From Candidatus Dojkabacteria bacterium (lineage in GTDB: Bacteria > Patescibacteriota > Dojkabacteria > SC72): a stretch of DNA of 64,000 nt. Shown here piece after piece: positions 38,847 to 49,294 of this stretch (its first letter is position 1; the number at the start of each line of letters is the position of its first letter). The position numbers and the translations under genes are program-made. The stretch lies in the NCBI GenBank assembly GCA_040767225.1, contig JAXGOY010000001.1, forward strand, positions 31,128-95,127, given 5' to 3'. The notes beneath the pieces were generated by a model. The model had not been told where the DNA came from, did not search any database, and was given only the letters and a program-made list of their open reading frames with translations.

Positions 38847-39828
38847 AATAATAATGTTAGCAGTAATTACTGTAATAGCTATAACAATTTTAGCAAAAGT
38901 AAACTTTAACTCTGTTATTAAAAAACCAAATAGTGAAAGTAGTGAGAAAGTTACATTGCAGATAGAACAGGGGGAATCTGTTGATTCAATAATTGATAAA
39001 TTAGTTGATGCTGGGATATTAAAAGAAAATTGGAAGAACCACTTTAAGTATTATCTTAAAATAAATGATTTATCTCAAAAGCTCCAAGCAGGAATATATG
39101 AAATTCCTAAGAATTTAAATATAAAGGAGATTGCAGAAACTCTTCAGCAGGCAAGAGGTTTAGATATATGGGTAACAATTCCAGAAGGACTCAGAAAAGA
39201 TGAAATTGCAGAAATACTTGCAACAGAGCTTGCAAAAGGAGGATATAAGAATTTTAACTCTTCTGATTTTCTTAAATTAACAACTAATCCATCCTTCATT
39301 CAGTCTTTAGGATTTAATTACGAATTAACTGATTTAGAAGGTTTTCTTTTCCCAGATAAATATGCATTCTCAGTAGATGAAACAATCGAAGATATCTTAA
39401 AGAAATTAACAAATAATTTTAAAGCAAAGGTAGGAACTGAAGATAGCTATGAAGATATAATCATAGCTAGTATGGTTGAAAGAGAAGGATACAATGCACA
39501 GGATAGAGCAATGATTGCTGATATTATACAAAGAAGATACGAAGAGGGATGGCTTCTTCAAATAGATGCAACACTTCTTTACCCACTAAAAGATTGGAAG
39601 CATGTAATTACTCAAGAAGATAAAGGTAGTGATAATCCATATAATACATATAAATACGCTGGTCTCCCACCTACTCCGATATGCAACCCTGGGCTGGAAT
39701 CAATTAATGCTGTAAGAAACCCACAGCATAATGACTACTATTATTACATTCACGATGAAGAAGGAAATATCTACTATGCTAAGAATTTAACAGAGCATAA
39801 TCAAAATATTGAGAAATATCTGAAATAA
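38830..39828 (+). CDS. mltG: Endolytic murein transglycosylase MltG/YceG family
   Basis: N-terminal TM, YceG-like domain (...VTIPEGLRKDEIAEILA...IIIASMVEREGYNAQDRAMIADIIQRR...), conserved alaS-ruvX-mltG order. Confidence 0.75.
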   Translation: MKSLIKIIMLAVITVIAITILAKVNFNSVIKKPNSESSEKVTLQIEQGESVDSIIDKLVDAGILKENWKNHFKYYLKINDLSQKLQAGIYEIPKNLNIKEIAETLQQARGLDIWVTIPEGLRKDEIAEILATELAKGGYKNFNSSDFLKLTTNPSFIQSLGFNYELTDLEGFLFPDKYAFSVDETIEDILKKLTNNFKAKVGTEDSYEDIIIASMVEREGYNAQDRAMIADIIQRRYEEGWLLQIDATLLYPLKDWKHVITQEDKGSDNPYNTYKYAGLPPTPICNPGLESINAVRNPQHNDYYYYIHDEEGNIYYAKNLTEHNQNIEKYLK

Positions 39829-39849
39829 CTAAGTTCTAAGATATATCTT

Positions 39850-41295
39850 GTGGAAGTATCTATAAATCTTACAGACAAAGAAATAAATAATAAGAAGCAT
39901 ACTAAAGAAGAGTCTCTTCAAACACATACAAAGAAGAAAAGACCTTTTCTAACAATTCTCTTTATCTTCCTTGTACTAATTATTGGAAGCGGGTTGTATT
40001 TTGGGTATAAAGGGTACATGACAGGAAAAGGAATAGGTCTTAATCTTTCTCCTAGTGATTTAATAGGAAAACAAAAAGAACCAGAATTAAAGAAAGACAG
40101 CACTGGAGTATATACTAATATATTAATTGTAGGGATAGATACAAGAACAAAGCTTAAAACATTAAATACAGATGTTATTATTGTTGCATCATATAATCAC
40201 AAAACAAAGGATGTTGTAATGATATCTATACCAAGAGACTTCTGTACAAAGGTAAATCCAAGTAAAACATCATATGGAAAGATTAATTCTGCATATTCAA
40301 TATATGAAGCAAAAGAAAAAGGTGGTGGTCTAGAGGGGTTAAAAGGTGTTGTAGAAGAAATTACAGGAATGGAAATTCAATACTATGCAATGATTAATTT
40401 TAATGGTTTTGTAGAACTTGTTGATGCAGTAGGAGGATTGTATATAAATGTTGAAAATAGTTTTACAGATTATAATTACCCTGCAGAAACAGGATATGGT
40501 ACACAAACAATATCCTTTAAAGCAGGTCCCCAGCTTATGAACGGAGATACTGCACTTAAATATGCGAGGTCAAGACAATCTCAACAGAATGGGGAAGGAT
40601 CAGATTATGCAAGAGCAAAAAGACAGCATAAAGTAATTGATGCCTTTATTAAAAAAGTTTTAAGCACAGAAACACTCCTTAATCCTAGCAAACTTATGTC
40701 CCTGCTTTCTTCTGTTCAGGATAATATAAAGATATCTGAATTTACTATTGATGATATTCAGGCAGGAGTCAATATATTAAAATCTCTATCTGGTGAAAAC
40801 TCTACATCATCAACATACTCCTTTGTACTTGACCCTACACTTGGAAACTACTCTCTAATTGGTCCACAAACAAGCTGTGGAGAGTATAATATAGGGCCGA
40901 AAGAGGGGTTAGGGAGATATACAAAAATTAAGGAATATATAAACCTTGCACTAAACTACCCTGCTCTTTATTCAGAGAATCCCTCTATATATTCATATGA
41001 CACAGGATTAGGGTACCAGAATACAAAAACAAAAACAGATGAATTAAAAACAAAGTTTAAATACCTAAATATTAGATTTCAAGGAACAAAGTTTAATGAT
41101 AAAGAAGGAGTATATATATACTCAAATACAACAGATAAATTCTCTAAATCAGTTGATATACTAGCAAGCTATCTTAAAATAACTAATAAAGTTAAACCAG
41201 AATATTTAACTACAGCAACAGGAGGTGATATCTCTATCCTTTTTGGAAAAGAGATAATACAAGATAATGCTGTAGAGATTCAACAAGGTGAATAA
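39850..41295 (+). CDS. LytR-CpsA-Psr (LCP) family cell-wall glycopolymer transferase
   Basis: N-terminal TM then NILIVGIDTR...RDFCTKVN...YARSRQS...; probable GTG start. Confidence 0.75.
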   Translation: MEVSINLTDKEINNKKHTKEESLQTHTKKKRPFLTILFIFLVLIIGSGLYFGYKGYMTGKGIGLNLSPSDLIGKQKEPELKKDSTGVYTNILIVGIDTRTKLKTLNTDVIIVASYNHKTKDVVMISIPRDFCTKVNPSKTSYGKINSAYSIYEAKEKGGGLEGLKGVVEEITGMEIQYYAMINFNGFVELVDAVGGLYINVENSFTDYNYPAETGYGTQTISFKAGPQLMNGDTALKYARSRQSQQNGEGSDYARAKRQHKVIDAFIKKVLSTETLLNPSKLMSLLSSVQDNIKISEFTIDDIQAGVNILKSLSGENSTSSTYSFVLDPTLGNYSLIGPQTSCGEYNIGPKEGLGRYTKIKEYINLALNYPALYSENPSIYSYDTGLGYQNTKTKTDELKTKFKYLNIRFQGTKFNDKEGVYIYSNTTDKFSKSVDILASYLKITNKVKPEYLTTATGGDISILFGKEIIQDNAVEIQQGE

Positions 41296-42224
41296 TGTAC
41301 AAACTATATATAGGAAATGAAACATATCTTTCTCTGAAAAGGGCTCAAGAAGATATTAAAGAGCTTCTTAAAAATGAGAATTTAGAATATATATCTCTTG
41401 ATGCAGAGGAGACTGAAAGCTCTAAGATAATAGACTTACTCTCTTCTCAATCTTTGTTTAACTTACCAAGATTAATATTTCTTAAAAGACTTTATAAAAA
41501 TAAAGATAGAGAGAATTTAATTCCATATATACTTGAATTTCTTAAGAATAATACACCAGATAATATAATAATATGGGAAGATCAAAAGGTAAGCTCTGCT
41601 ACAAAATATGTAAAATTCTTTAAAACAACAAATACTCTTGTTGAAGTAAACAAGATGTATAAACCAGCATTCATAAAGTTTGCCAATGAGCTGTCTAAGG
41701 AGTATGGATTAGATATAAGTAGAGAGGTTCTTACTCTTCTTTGTACATACTCCAACTATGATACACAAAGATTAGAAAATAATATAAAGAAACTCTACTT
41801 ACTAGAATTAAATAAAAAAATAGAAGAAGAAGATGTAAAGAATATAATAGTTGACACTCTCGAAGATGATATATGGAAACTTCTTGATGAAATGAATAAA
41901 ACAGAAGGTCAACCATTAAAAATTTTAGAAAGAATACTAAGTCAAAGAGTTGATCCAAAGTATATATTTCCTATGATAGCAAGAAACATGAGATTAATTA
42001 CTATGACTAAATATCTACTAGATCACCACTACAAATATCCTGAAATAGCTTCAATAGTGAGAGTTCCTCCATTTACAGTTAAAACACTGGTTGAAGCAAG
42101 TGATAAATATGATTGGGACAAGATTATGAGTAAATATGAGAAACTCTGTAATCTTGATTATGAGATAAAAATAGGAAGAATAGACCCCAAGCTTGGGCTT
42201 ACTCTATTTTGTACAACAGTATAA
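41295..42224 (+). CDS. holA: DNA polymerase III delta subunit (HolA-like)
   Basis: 309 aa with length and helical layout of HolA (MYKLYIGNETYLSLKRAQEDIKELL...SLFNLPRLIFLKRLY...). Assignment is by overall pattern only. Confidence 0.45.
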   Translation: MYKLYIGNETYLSLKRAQEDIKELLKNENLEYISLDAEETESSKIIDLLSSQSLFNLPRLIFLKRLYKNKDRENLIPYILEFLKNNTPDNIIIWEDQKVSSATKYVKFFKTTNTLVEVNKMYKPAFIKFANELSKEYGLDISREVLTLLCTYSNYDTQRLENNIKKLYLLELNKKIEEEDVKNIIVDTLEDDIWKLLDEMNKTEGQPLKILERILSQRVDPKYIFPMIARNMRLITMTKYLLDHHYKYPEIASIVRVPPFTVKTLVEASDKYDWDKIMSKYEKLCNLDYEIKIGRIDPKLGLTLFCTTV

Positions 42225-42233
42225 GGAAACTTG

Positions 42234-42262
42234 TTGACATGATATATATATTCTCATAAACT
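42234..42262 (+). promoter_or_regulatory. Candidate sigma70-like promoter (TTGACA-17-TAAACT) for the downstream surface-protein gene
   Basis: TTGACA at 42234-42239 and TAAACT at 42257-42262, 37 nt upstream of the 42299 ATG, in a 74-nt intergenic region. Confidence 0.25.
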
Positions 42263-42298
42263 TTATATACGTATATCAATACGTTAAGAAAACTTTAA

Positions 42299-44053
42299 AT
42301 GGAACCTACAGACAGGAAAACTAAAACAACATTAAAAAATTTAATGATAATAGGAGCCGTTCTCATTGTAGTATTAATCGTAGTGCTAGTATATTTCTTT
42401 GTAATAAAGGAGGATGAAACAGAAACTCCACAGCCAACAGCCGAAACGACATGTGGATGTTACATAATAGATCCCGCAGTAGTAAATGATTGTGGTGATC
42501 CTAAAAGAGCATTCATCTTCAACCTAAATACTGTTTCAGCAGATCAGGTATGTAATGCAAAATGTGATATTAATGATATAGCAGATAATCTCCTTAACTC
42601 TACAACTCCTAAGGAATCACTAAAAACATGCCCTGTGAGAAGCATATCAGATACAAGATGTGAAAATCTCATACTTAGAGATCAGGATGGAAAGATAATA
42701 ACAGGGAGAGTTAAACCTACGGATGAAATAAATGCAGAAGCAACTTTTGATAAATCTACCTATGTAGATTATACCTTTAAAGTAAATAGTGAGGATAGCA
42801 CTCCTGACAAAGTTGATGGAAATAAAATAACAAAGAAAATTACACCTCCACCAGCTGTTACCGCTATTGAGATAGTTGCAACAGCCAAAGATTCTCAAGG
42901 AGAACAAATAAATTCAATGGTATGTAGAAGAATTCTAGATGTTGAAACAAGTGGGGCAACAGCAGTAACTGGAATGACAGCTATAACAGAACAGCAATCT
43001 GACGGGAAAACAAAAATATCTCAAATAAGCATATCTGTTGGTCAACTTAATAGTGAAAATATAAAGATTAGATTCTCATTTGATCCCACATTTACAACAT
43101 TAACTGCAATAGATGGAATAATAGTAGATCCTACAAAAGGCACAATAGAGATGTCAAAACTTGATTTGTATGATCCAAACAATTTTAGCAATGATTCATT
43201 TAATATTCTTAATGACCATTTAGGAGAGCTTAACATAACAGCTGAGGTATTTGTAAATGAATCTAGTATAGGATCCGCAAGTACAACTGTAACATTTATA
43301 GACACTTCACCAGAAGAAGAACCACAACCAGAAGAACCGCAACCTCTTCCTGACTCAGAAAAGTCTAACTTTGTTGCAACAAAAGCGGTAGGACAATCGT
43401 GTGTACAAAGAACAGAAGGTACAAACTCTGCAACATATACAATTACTGTAAAAAATAACAGAGATGTACAAGATCAAATAGCTTCTGTAAAAGATAAATT
43501 ACCTCTTGGGTTTGTATATACAACTAATAGCTCAATAGTAAATGGAACAGCTATTGTAGATACTGATATGGTAAAAATTACAACCGTGGGTGATACACAA
43601 GAGATAATCTGGGAACCTTCTGCACCATGGAGCATACCAGCAGGAGGAACATTAACTATAGTATTCCAAGCAACAGCAGGAGCTAAATCATTAACAGGAC
43701 AAAATCTAAATGAGGTAATTGTAAACCCTGTCCAAATACCACTAGACCCTTCTACTCTACGATCTCAAGTATACATAGTTGTAGCACAAGATTGTGCTAA
43801 TATTACTGATGAAGAAAAAGAAATACCGAAGACAGGAATATTTGACAGCTTTATTGGAAGAATTGCAGTTGGAATATTCATAATTATAATCGGGTGGATA
43901 ATATATGTAAGACCAGAAGGAACACTCCTTACTGAAAAAATTATCACATCAAAAGCATACGATGACTTTGAGTTTAGAAAAAGTAAAATAACAAATCCAA
44001 AGAAATATTTTGAAGAAAAAGTCTTAAGAAAAAACTCTAAAGGGAATCGATAG
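42299..44053 (+). CDS. Surface protein with DUF11-type (conserved repeat) beta domains and C-terminal IPKTG sorting-signal-like motif
   Basis: N-terminal TM. Domain TYTITVKNNRDVQDQIASVKDKLPLGFVYTTNSSIVNG...WEP...AGGTLTIVFQATAG. C-terminus EIPKTGIFDSFIGRIAVGIFIIIIGWIIYV followed by a charged tail. Confidence 0.55.
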   Translation: MEPTDRKTKTTLKNLMIIGAVLIVVLIVVLVYFFVIKEDETETPQPTAETTCGCYIIDPAVVNDCGDPKRAFIFNLNTVSADQVCNAKCDINDIADNLLNSTTPKESLKTCPVRSISDTRCENLILRDQDGKIITGRVKPTDEINAEATFDKSTYVDYTFKVNSEDSTPDKVDGNKITKKITPPPAVTAIEIVATAKDSQGEQINSMVCRRILDVETSGATAVTGMTAITEQQSDGKTKISQISISVGQLNSENIKIRFSFDPTFTTLTAIDGIIVDPTKGTIEMSKLDLYDPNNFSNDSFNILNDHLGELNITAEVFVNESSIGSASTTVTFIDTSPEEEPQPEEPQPLPDSEKSNFVATKAVGQSCVQRTEGTNSATYTITVKNNRDVQDQIASVKDKLPLGFVYTTNSSIVNGTAIVDTDMVKITTVGDTQEIIWEPSAPWSIPAGGTLTIVFQATAGAKSLTGQNLNEVIVNPVQIPLDPSTLRSQVYIVVAQDCANITDEEKEIPKTGIFDSFIGRIAVGIFIIIIGWIIYVRPEGTLLTEKIITSKAYDDFEFRKSKITNPKKYFEEKVLRKNSKGNR

Positions 44054-44432
44054 AAAACTGTAAAGGAAGTCCATCTTTACCATAAATCACATCATTTGAA
44101 ACTATAACAAAATAGTATTTTTTAGTACTTACTAAGTTTTGAATAGTTACCCTATGCTCATTACTCTTTATCTCATTTTCTAAATCTACTGCAACCATAT
44201 CTAATCCCCCTACTTCTTTACCATATAAAATATATGCTGAACATTTCTCTTTGCTTTTCCATGAAATAACAACAGAGCTTGGAGATTCTCCCTTTTTAAT
44301 CTCAATATTGTAAGGAGTACAACCTTCTACATATACAGAGTCTTGCGAAGCAGATGATTTAATTACAAACAGTGAAATAACTGAAATAAATACTATTAAT
44401 ATAACAATTGTTATTACCCATTTATTCTTCAT
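44037..44432 (-). CDS. Small membrane-anchored FN3/PAP-N-like protein
   Basis: 131 aa, N-terminal TM, VVISWKSKEKCSAYILYG...KKYYFVIVSNDVIYG. Confidence 0.45.
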   Translation of the reverse strand: MKNKWVITIVILIVFISVISLFVIKSSASQDSVYVEGCTPYNIEIKKGESPSSVVISWKSKEKCSAYILYGKEVGGLDMVAVDLENEIKSNEHRVTIQNLVSTKKYYFVIVSNDVIYGKDGLPLQFSIDSL

Positions 44433-44823
44433 ACTCTTTTACAATTATATAATCAGTTAAAGTGTAACTATTACTACTGCCATATGCCGTTATTTCCACT
44501 TTATAAGTTCCGACATCAGTAATACTTGGAACACCTGCAATACCCATATCATCTGTTACCTTAAGCCAAGGTGCACCATCAACCGTTATTATAACATTAT
44601 CTGAACTGCATCCTGCTATCATAGGGTAAAAAGAATACTCCTCCCAAACATATGCAACTCTTGGTATCTCATTAATTATATATGGCACACATCCACTCTC
44701 TTGTACACTTACTCCTTTAACTTCTTCCTCTTTCTTAGAAGCTAAATGTATGCAGGAAGCAATAGCAGCTGTAGGAATCAGTATGCAGAAGATAATGAGT
44801 AGTACCTTTTTAGTATTTATCAT
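44422..44823 (-). CDS. Small putative lipoprotein
   Basis: Start chosen at MINTKKVLLIIFCILIPTAAIASC (signal plus Cys); the ORF is open to 44901. Confidence 0.4.
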   Translation of the reverse strand: MINTKKVLLIIFCILIPTAAIASCIHLASKKEEEVKGVSVQESGCVPYIINEIPRVAYVWEEYSFYPMIAGCSSDNVIITVDGAPWLKVTDDMGIAGVPSITDVGTYKVEITAYGSSNSYTLTDYIIVKEYEE

Positions 44824-44928
44824 ATCTATTAACAAGTGTATCAATAAAATCTGCTGTTTACAAACATTCCAGTTATATATATAATACAGCACAGTTATCA
44901 ATGATTTAATAATATATTTTTACATATC

Positions 44929-45225
44929 ATGCCAAATCTAAAAACATCAATAAAAGACCTAAGAAGTACAAAAAGAAAAACTGTTTACAACGACAGATTA
45001 AGAAAAAGAATTAAAAGGTCGGAAAAGAATTTTAAAGATAATATAAAAGAAGGAGATAAAGAAAGGGCAGAAGCATCCTTAAAACAAACTTATAAGGTTC
45101 TTGACAAAGCAGCTAAGAAAAATGTTATAAAAAAGGGTAAGGCAAGTCGAAAAAAATCAAGACTTGCAAGTCAACTTAATAAACTGTCCAAAGATAATGT
45201 CAAAACTACTCAAAAGAGCGCTTAA
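44929..45225 (+). CDS. rpsT: 30S ribosomal protein S20
   Basis: MPNLKTSIKDLRSTKRKTVYNDRLRKRIKRSEKNFKD..., 98 aa basic helical protein. Confidence 0.85.
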   Translation: MPNLKTSIKDLRSTKRKTVYNDRLRKRIKRSEKNFKDNIKEGDKERAEASLKQTYKVLDKAAKKNVIKKGKASRKKSRLASQLNKLSKDNVKTTQKSA

Positions 45226-45745
45226 AAGTTCCATATTTCCTGCAATACTAATGATTGCAGCTAAAACATTGGGAATTTTTATCGTTTCTATAAAATACGG
45301 ATACACTGTAGAGATAGGTAATGATGTAGGAGGAGTATTTTCAACTCAGCTATATTTTGATAATCCTCAAACTGCATACTTCGTTAACTCAATATCAGAT
45401 TTAATCATGCTTCTTGCAATAGCACTCCCTACTGCATATCAAGTAATTAAGGTAGTTCTTTTTCAGAGTACATTTACTAACCCAAGAACAATAGTTAAGA
45501 TAGCACAATTTAACATCTTAAAATGGGTAACAAAAGATGATACAAACTTTGTTCAAATCTTTGTATGGTGTATATTCCTTTGGCTTTGCAGTGGAGTAGT
45601 AATTAAAAATGCACTTCAAGGAGATACATATACATGGATTGCATATCTTGCAGGGGTATTTTCACTTCTCTGCGGATTAGGTATACTAAAAGCATTTGAA
45701 ATAGAAATAAACAGGGTATATCCTGATAGTAAGAAATATTACTAA
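45197..45745 (+). CDS. Integral membrane protein, unknown function
   Basis: 4-5 hydrophobic helices. Start set at MSKLLKRALK (45197); the ORF is open from 45164. Confidence 0.4.
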   Translation: MSKLLKRALKSSIFPAILMIAAKTLGIFIVSIKYGYTVEIGNDVGGVFSTQLYFDNPQTAYFVNSISDLIMLLAIALPTAYQVIKVVLFQSTFTNPRTIVKIAQFNILKWVTKDDTNFVQIFVWCIFLWLCSGVVIKNALQGDTYTWIAYLAGVFSLLCGLGILKAFEIEINRVYPDSKKYY

Positions 45746-46299
45746 TGAAAAATAATAAACTTAAAAAAACTCTTTCTTTAGTTATTGAACCAATAGCATT
45801 GGGATTACTTGCACTTCTTTTTATAATCCCCACTATAACAGTAATGAATTTAAAACCTCTTGCTAAAAAGATTAAAGATGTTGATGTCCTTGGTTTAAGT
45901 CAAAATGCACAGGTAGAAATAACTCTTGTAGGAGGAACACATCAAATATTTAGTCAGGAAAAGCTTGAACAAGAAGAAGATGGAACATATAAATACACTA
46001 CAATTATCACAAGCAGAGATGCAAACAGATACTCCAAACCTATACTTGAAATAAAAAATGGAAAATCATCAAGTGTAAAACTAGAGGTATATGGATATAC
46101 AGACCTTCCTACACATTCGGACATTTCTTTAATAATTAATGACCAGATATACAGAATTCAAAATCCTGAGGGGAATACAATAACACAAAGAATTCTTCTG
46201 GAACCTAACCAGAAATACATAGTATATCTTGCCATTGAAAACTTCTCAAATGTGAAGTTTAACGAAGACTTTACACTTGAGATAAAAGAGATTGAGTAA
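45745..46299 (+). CDS. Exported/membrane-anchored beta-rich protein, unknown function
   Basis: 184 aa, N-terminal TM LVIEPIALGLLALLFIIPTITV, translationally coupled to the upstream gene. Confidence 0.4.
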   Translation: MKNNKLKKTLSLVIEPIALGLLALLFIIPTITVMNLKPLAKKIKDVDVLGLSQNAQVEITLVGGTHQIFSQEKLEQEEDGTYKYTTIITSRDANRYSKPILEIKNGKSSSVKLEVYGYTDLPTHSDISLIINDQIYRIQNPEGNTITQRILLEPNQKYIVYLAIENFSNVKFNEDFTLEIKEIE

Positions 46300-46346
46300 T
46301 ATATAGTATCCTTTTGTATTGTAAATATAATATAATTACCCATATT

Positions 46347-48170
46347 ATGGGTAATACAGATTTAAATAAAATAAGAAATTTCTCAATAATTGCACATATA
46401 GATCATGGGAAATCTACACTAGCAGACAGGATATTAGAGTTGTGCAATGTTAATATATCCAGAGATAAAAGAAAGTCTAGAATACTTGATAGATTAGAGT
46501 TAGAACAAGAGAAAGGAATTACAATAAAACTTCAAGCATGTACAATGAACTGGAATGGATATGAACTCAATCTCATAGATACCCCTGGGCATGTTGATTT
46601 CTCATATGAAGTATCACGCTCACTTGCTGCATGCGAAGGAGCAATACTTCTTGTTGATGCTTCTCAAGGTATACAGGCACAAACAATATCAAATGCACAA
46701 AAAGCAATGGAGCTAGGATTAAAATTAATCCCTGCAATAAACAAAATAGATTTACCCAATATAAATATAAAAGAAAGAGAAGATGAACTTGTACAACTTC
46801 TTGGTTTTAAAAGAGAAGATATTCTTAAAGTATCAGGAAAAACAGGAGAGGGTGTAAAAGAGTTACTTGATGCAGTAATTGAGAAATGCCCTCCTCCAAA
46901 GGGTGATTCTAACAAACCACTTAAAGCATTAATATTTGACTCTTTTTATGATGAACATAAAGGAGTGGTCGTCGCTGTAAGAATATTTGATGGGGAAATA
47001 AAGTACATTCCAAACAAAACCAAAGAGCTGTATATCCTTCAGATGAAAACATCCTTTAAACCAACAGAAATAGGAATATTTACTCCAACTATGAAAGAAA
47101 CAAATGAACTATGTGCTGGAGATGTGGGGTATATTGCTACTGGATTTAAAGATATAACAATGTTTACAGTAGGAGATACAATATCAGATAGCATGAATAC
47201 ACTACCACTTCCAGGGTATAAAGTACCAAAACCAAATGTATATGCTACTTTCTTTCCTACTGATATTGACCAGTACGAATCTTTAAAAATAGGATTAAGC
47301 AAATTAAGTATGAATGATGCTGCACTTACATTCTCTGAACAAAGATCCAATCTTCTTGGTACAGGGTTTAGATGTGGATTCTTAGGTCTTCTACATATGG
47401 AAATAATACAAGAAAGATTAGAAGAGGAGTACGATGTAAGTTTAATAATTACAGCACCAACAGTAGAGTATAAAGTGATAAAGACAGATGGTACAAAAAT
47501 TGACATACAGACACCACAAGAATTACCAGACCCCTCTGAAATTACTCAAATACTTGAACCATGGGTAAGACTTAAAATCATGACACCAAGTAAATACATG
47601 GGGGCAATAATGGAAATGTGCCAATACAAAAGAGGAGAGTATGTCAATACAACATATCTACCTACTTTCTCAGACAAAATACAAACAAAAGATCAGTATA
47701 TCATCCTAGAATATGATATCCCTCTAGCATCATTAGTATCCAATTTTTTTGATATGCTAAAAAACAAATCAAGCGGATATGCCTCTATGGAGTATGAGTT
47801 TATAGATTTCTTCCCAGTAGACCTTGTTAAAGTTTCAATACTTGTTAACCATGAGGAAATTCCAGCATTAAGTTTTCTTGAGACAAAAGAGAATGCACAA
47901 ACAAAAGCAGCAAAACTACTAGAAGTTATGAAAGAAGAAATACCAAGACAACAGTTCCCTATTCCTCTTCAAGCAGCAATAGGAGGTAAAATAATAGCAA
48001 GAGAGGATGTGAAAGGATACAGAAAAGATGTTACTGCTAAACTGTATGGAGGAGACTATACAAGAAAATTAAAACTTCTTGAAAAACAAAAGAAAGGTAA
48101 AAAAAGATTAAAACAGATAGGACAAGTAAATATTCCTCAAGAAGCATTTTTAAGTATATTGAAAATATAA
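46347..48170 (+). CDS. lepA: Elongation factor 4 (LepA)
   Basis: NFSIIAHIDHGKSTLADRIL...[16 protein letters not shown] plus the LepA C-terminal domain. The internal ATG at 46347 was used. Confidence 0.93.
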   Translation: MGNTDLNKIRNFSIIAHIDHGKSTLADRILELCNVNISRDKRKSRILDRLELEQEKGITIKLQACTMNWNGYELNLIDTPGHVDFSYEVSRSLAACEGAILLVDASQGIQAQTISNAQKAMELGLKLIPAINKIDLPNINIKEREDELVQLLGFKREDILKVSGKTGEGVKELLDAVIEKCPPPKGDSNKPLKALIFDSFYDEHKGVVVAVRIFDGEIKYIPNKTKELYILQMKTSFKPTEIGIFTPTMKETNELCAGDVGYIATGFKDITMFTVGDTISDSMNTLPLPGYKVPKPNVYATFFPTDIDQYESLKIGLSKLSMNDAALTFSEQRSNLLGTGFRCGFLGLLHMEIIQERLEEEYDVSLIITAPTVEYKVIKTDGTKIDIQTPQELPDPSEITQILEPWVRLKIMTPSKYMGAIMEMCQYKRGEYVNTTYLPTFSDKIQTKDQYIILEYDIPLASLVSNFFDMLKNKSSGYASMEYEFIDFFPVDLVKVSILVNHEEIPALSFLETKENAQTKAAKLLEVMKEEIPRQQFPIPLQAAIGGKIIAREDVKGYRKDVTAKLYGGDYTRKLKLLEKQKKGKKRLKQIGQVNIPQEAFLSILKI

Positions 48171-49243
48171 TGATTGAAACATTAACACTTCAAAATTTTA
48201 GAAAGTTTAAAAACAAAACCTTTGAGTTTAATAAAAACACAGTTATTCTTTACGGTCATAATGCACAAGGTAAAAGCTCAGTACTTGAAGCTATATATCT
48301 AATCAGTACAGGAGTATCTCCATGGGCATCATCAAATGAGTATATTAACTTAAACCAAAATAGCCAGACACATGCACGTATAGAAACAATAGAAAATGGA
48401 AAATCATATGTATACTTTAAAAATAAAGATAAAAGAGTATTAAAAATAGAAGGGAAGAATACAAGTGCTAGAAAATTTTTTGAAAATAGGTCTGCAAATA
48501 TATTTAATCCCGAACAAATAGATCTGTTAATGATATCTCCTTCTGAAAGAAGAAACTTCCTTGATAATATAATATTAAAATATGACTATGAGTATGAAAC
48601 ACTTCTTAGAGATTTTCACAAAATATTAAGACAAAGAAATGCATATTTAAAAAAACTCTCAAAGCTCTTCTATGATAAAGGAATAATCGCCGTAAATGAC
48701 CCTCAGTTAAACTTTTGGAGTAATCATTTTTGCCTTACATCTGCACATATACTTAAGAGCAGAATACTTTTAACAAAAGAATTATCTCTAAATGAATATG
48801 AGGTAAAGTATAAAACAAAAATAGATTTTGATAAAAGAAAAATAAACAATGTTGAATATCTTAAAGAGTGTATAGAGAGAGATTTAGAGTCTAGTAAGAA
48901 GAGGGACATAGCAACAGGATATACAAATATAGGCCCGCATAGAGATGACTGGGATATATTTAATGATAAAGATATTAAGAAATTTGGGTCAAGAGGAGAG
49001 AAAAGGTTAGCAATAGGGAATTTAATCTTTGAAATACAGAATATTGTATACAGAAAGACATCAAGTTACCCTATCCTCCTTCTTGATGATATTGCTTCAG
49101 AATTAGATATAGTCAATATTAAAAAAATACTACCTAAGAAAATATTAAACAAACAACAGACCTTTATTACAACAATTGATTTTAAGCATTTACCAAAAGA
49201 AATTATAAAAGATGCACAATTAATACATCTAGATGAAAAGTAA
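48170..49243 (+). CDS. recF: DNA replication and repair protein RecF
   Basis: MIETLTLQNFRKFKNKTFEFNKNTVILYGHNAQGKSSVLEAIYL (Walker A), SMC-like signature and LLLDDIASELD Walker B. 357 aa. Confidence 0.85.
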   Translation: MIETLTLQNFRKFKNKTFEFNKNTVILYGHNAQGKSSVLEAIYLISTGVSPWASSNEYINLNQNSQTHARIETIENGKSYVYFKNKDKRVLKIEGKNTSARKFFENRSANIFNPEQIDLLMISPSERRNFLDNIILKYDYEYETLLRDFHKILRQRNAYLKKLSKLFYDKGIIAVNDPQLNFWSNHFCLTSAHILKSRILLTKELSLNEYEVKYKTKIDFDKRKINNVEYLKECIERDLESSKKRDIATGYTNIGPHRDDWDIFNDKDIKKFGSRGEKRLAIGNLIFEIQNIVYRKTSSYPILLLDDIASELDIVNIKKILPKKILNKQQTFITTIDFKHLPKEIIKDAQLIHLDEK

Positions 49244-49294
49244 TATAATATCTCCACTATTTCTTTTAATTCTGATAAACTAGATATACGGAAT

